Source of the DNA: the human T2T-CHM13v2.0 reference genome, Homo sapiens
Assembly: GCF_009914755.1 (NCBI RefSeq)
Contig: NC_060930.1
DNA length: 64,000 nt
Strand: one strand, 5' to 3'
Shown here piece after piece: positions 62,114 through 64,000 of the stretch. The translations under genes and the position numbers were made by a program. Numbering within the stretch: the first letter of the stretch is position 1; each line of letters starts with the position of its first letter. The notes under the pieces were generated by a model, which made no database searches, was not told the DNA's origin, and saw only the letters and a list, made by a program, of their open reading frames with translations.

Positions 62114-64000
62114 TGTATTAGTCCATTCTTGTGCTGCTAATAAAGACAGACCTGAGAAATCATGGCAGAAGGGGAAGAAAACATGTCCTTCTTCACATGG
62201 CAGTAGGAGAGAGAAGAATGAGAGCCAAGTGAAGGTGGAAGCCCCTTATAAAACCATTAGGTTTCATGATAACTTACTCTCTATCACAAGAATAACATAG
62301 GGGAAACTACCCCTATGATTCAATTAACTGCCACTGGGTTCCTCCCACAATACATGGGGATTATGGGAACTACAGTTCAAGATGAGATTCGGGTACAGAC
62401 ACAGCCAAACCATATCATTCCACTTCTGGCCTCTCCCAAATCTCATGTCCTCATATTTCAAAACACAATTATGCCTTTCCAATAGTCCTCCAAAGTCTCA
62501 ATTCATTCAAGCATTTACCCAGAAGGCCAAGTCCAAGGTCTCATCTGAGACAAAGCAAGTCCCTTCCACCTATGAGCCTGTAAGATCAAAAGCAAGTTAG
62601 TTATTTGTTGATACTATGGGGGTAGAGGAATTGGGTAAACACACCCAATGGGAGAAATTGGCCAAAACAAAGGGCCACAGGCCCTATGTGAGGCCAAAAT
62701 CCAATAGGAGAGTCATTAAACCTTAAAGTTCCAAAATTATCTCCTTTGACTCCATATCTCACATCCAGGGCACACTGATGCAAGAGTTCGGCTCCCACAG
62801 CTTTGGAAAGCTCTGCCCCCTGTGGCTTTGCAGGGTATAGCCCTCCTCCTGGCTGCTTTCATGGGCTGGCATTGAGTGTCTACAGCTTTTCTGGGCAAGC
62901 GGTGTAAGCTGTCAGTGGATCTACCATACCAGGATCTGGAGGACAGTGGCCCTCTTCTCACAGCTCCACCAGACAGTGCCCCAAAAGGGACACTGTGTGG
63001 GGGCTCTGACCCCACATTTCCATTCTGCACTGCCCTAGCAGAGGCTCTCCATGAGGGCTCAGCCCCTGCAGCAAACTCCTGCCTGGACATCCAGGTGTTT
63101 CCATACATCCTCTGAAATATAGGTGGAGATTCCCAAACCTCAATTCTTGACTTCTGTGCACCCACAAGCCCAACACAACATCTAAGCCACCAGGGCTTGG
63201 GGCTTGAACCCTCTGAAGCAATGGCCTGAGCTGTACATTAGCCCATTTTAGCCACAGCTGGAGCTGAAGCAGCTGGGAAGCAGGGCACCATGTCCCTGAG
63301 TGGCATAGAGCAGGGGTACCCCCAGGCCTGGGCCACAAAACCATTTTTTCCTCCTAAGGCTCTAGGCCTGTGATGGGAGGGGCTGGTGTGAAGGTGTGTG
63401 ACATGCCATGGAGACATTTTCCCCATTGTCTTGGCTATTAACATTTGACTCCTTGTTACCTATGCAAATTTCTGCAGCCAGCTTGAATTTCTTCCCAGAA
63501 AATGGGCTTTTCTTTTCTTTTTTTTTTTTGAAATGGAGTCTTGCTCTGTTGCCCAGGCTGGAGTGCAGTGGTGCGATCTCAGCTCACTGCAAGCTCCACC
63601 TCACAGGTTACGCCATTCTCCTGCCTCAGCGTCCTGAGTAGGTGGGACTACAGGCACCCACCACCACACCCAGCTAATTTTTTGTATTTTTAGTAGAGAC
63701 GGGGTTTCACCATGTTAACCAGGATGGTCTCGATCTCCTGACCTTGTGATCTGCCTGCCTTGGCCTCCCAAAGTGCTGGGATTACAGGCGTGAGCCACCG
63801 CACCTGGCCTGGACTTTTCTTTTCTATTGCATCATCAGGCCACAAGTTTTCCAAACTTCCATGCTCTGCTTCCTCTTGAATGCTTTGCTGCTTAGAAATT
63901 TCTTCCGCCAGATACCCTAAATCATCTCTCTCAAGTTCAAATTTCCACAGATCTCTAGGGCTGGGAAAAATGCAGCCAATCTCTTTGCATAGCAAGAGTG
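62114..64000 (-). mobile_element. THE1C-like MaLR element (LTR 62114-62417 with internal deletion; internal region runs off the window), interrupted by an Alu
   Basis: tgtattagtcc...aaaccatatca LTR followed by THE1-int homologous to 26437-27760. Confidence 0.88.
63519..63809 (-). mobile_element. AluY-like element nested in THE1-int
   Basis: gcaagctcc, cgccattctcc, aggatggtctcgatctcc diagnostics; TSD TGG(G/A)CTTTTCTTTTCT at 63503-63518 / 63810-63825. Confidence 0.9.

Overview
Human (primate) genomic DNA containing the 3' half of the adhesion GPCR gene ADGRG6 (GPR126) on the + strand. I traced 16 coding exons by hand between 850 and 43883. All have GT-AG boundaries and compatible phases. They encode the end of the SEA/hormone-receptor region, the GAIN domain with its GPS cleavage site (HF|T) and Stachel peptide, the 7TM bundle and the cytoplasmic tail. 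A 46-nt cassette exon (41276-41321) switches the last exon between two reading frames, giving C-termini ...KTGPC or ...HSTKF. The 3'UTR runs to about 46630. The rest is introns and downstream intergenic DNA rich in transposable elements: Alus, a 5'-truncated L1PA2, a full-length THE1A, an LTR12 solo LTR, MER6, MLT2, a THE1C-like element, L1M, L2, MIR, MER5A and MER103. Many retain target-site duplications (TSDs). I see no evidence of a wholly new gene or system. The best leads are: (i) an RBFOX (UGCAUG x3) cluster that could control the PDZ-ligand C-terminal switch; (ii) a 41-bp near-perfect inverted repeat at 59841-59993 not explained by any repeat I recognise; (iii) a (TG)6 acceptor lacking a polypyrimidine tract on a frame-preserving GAIN exon; (iv) a possible intronic-polyA soluble ectodomain; (v) a convergent LTR12 promoter facing the gene's 3' end. 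Repeat subfamily names come from memory of consensus sequences and need RepeatMasker/Dfam confirmation.
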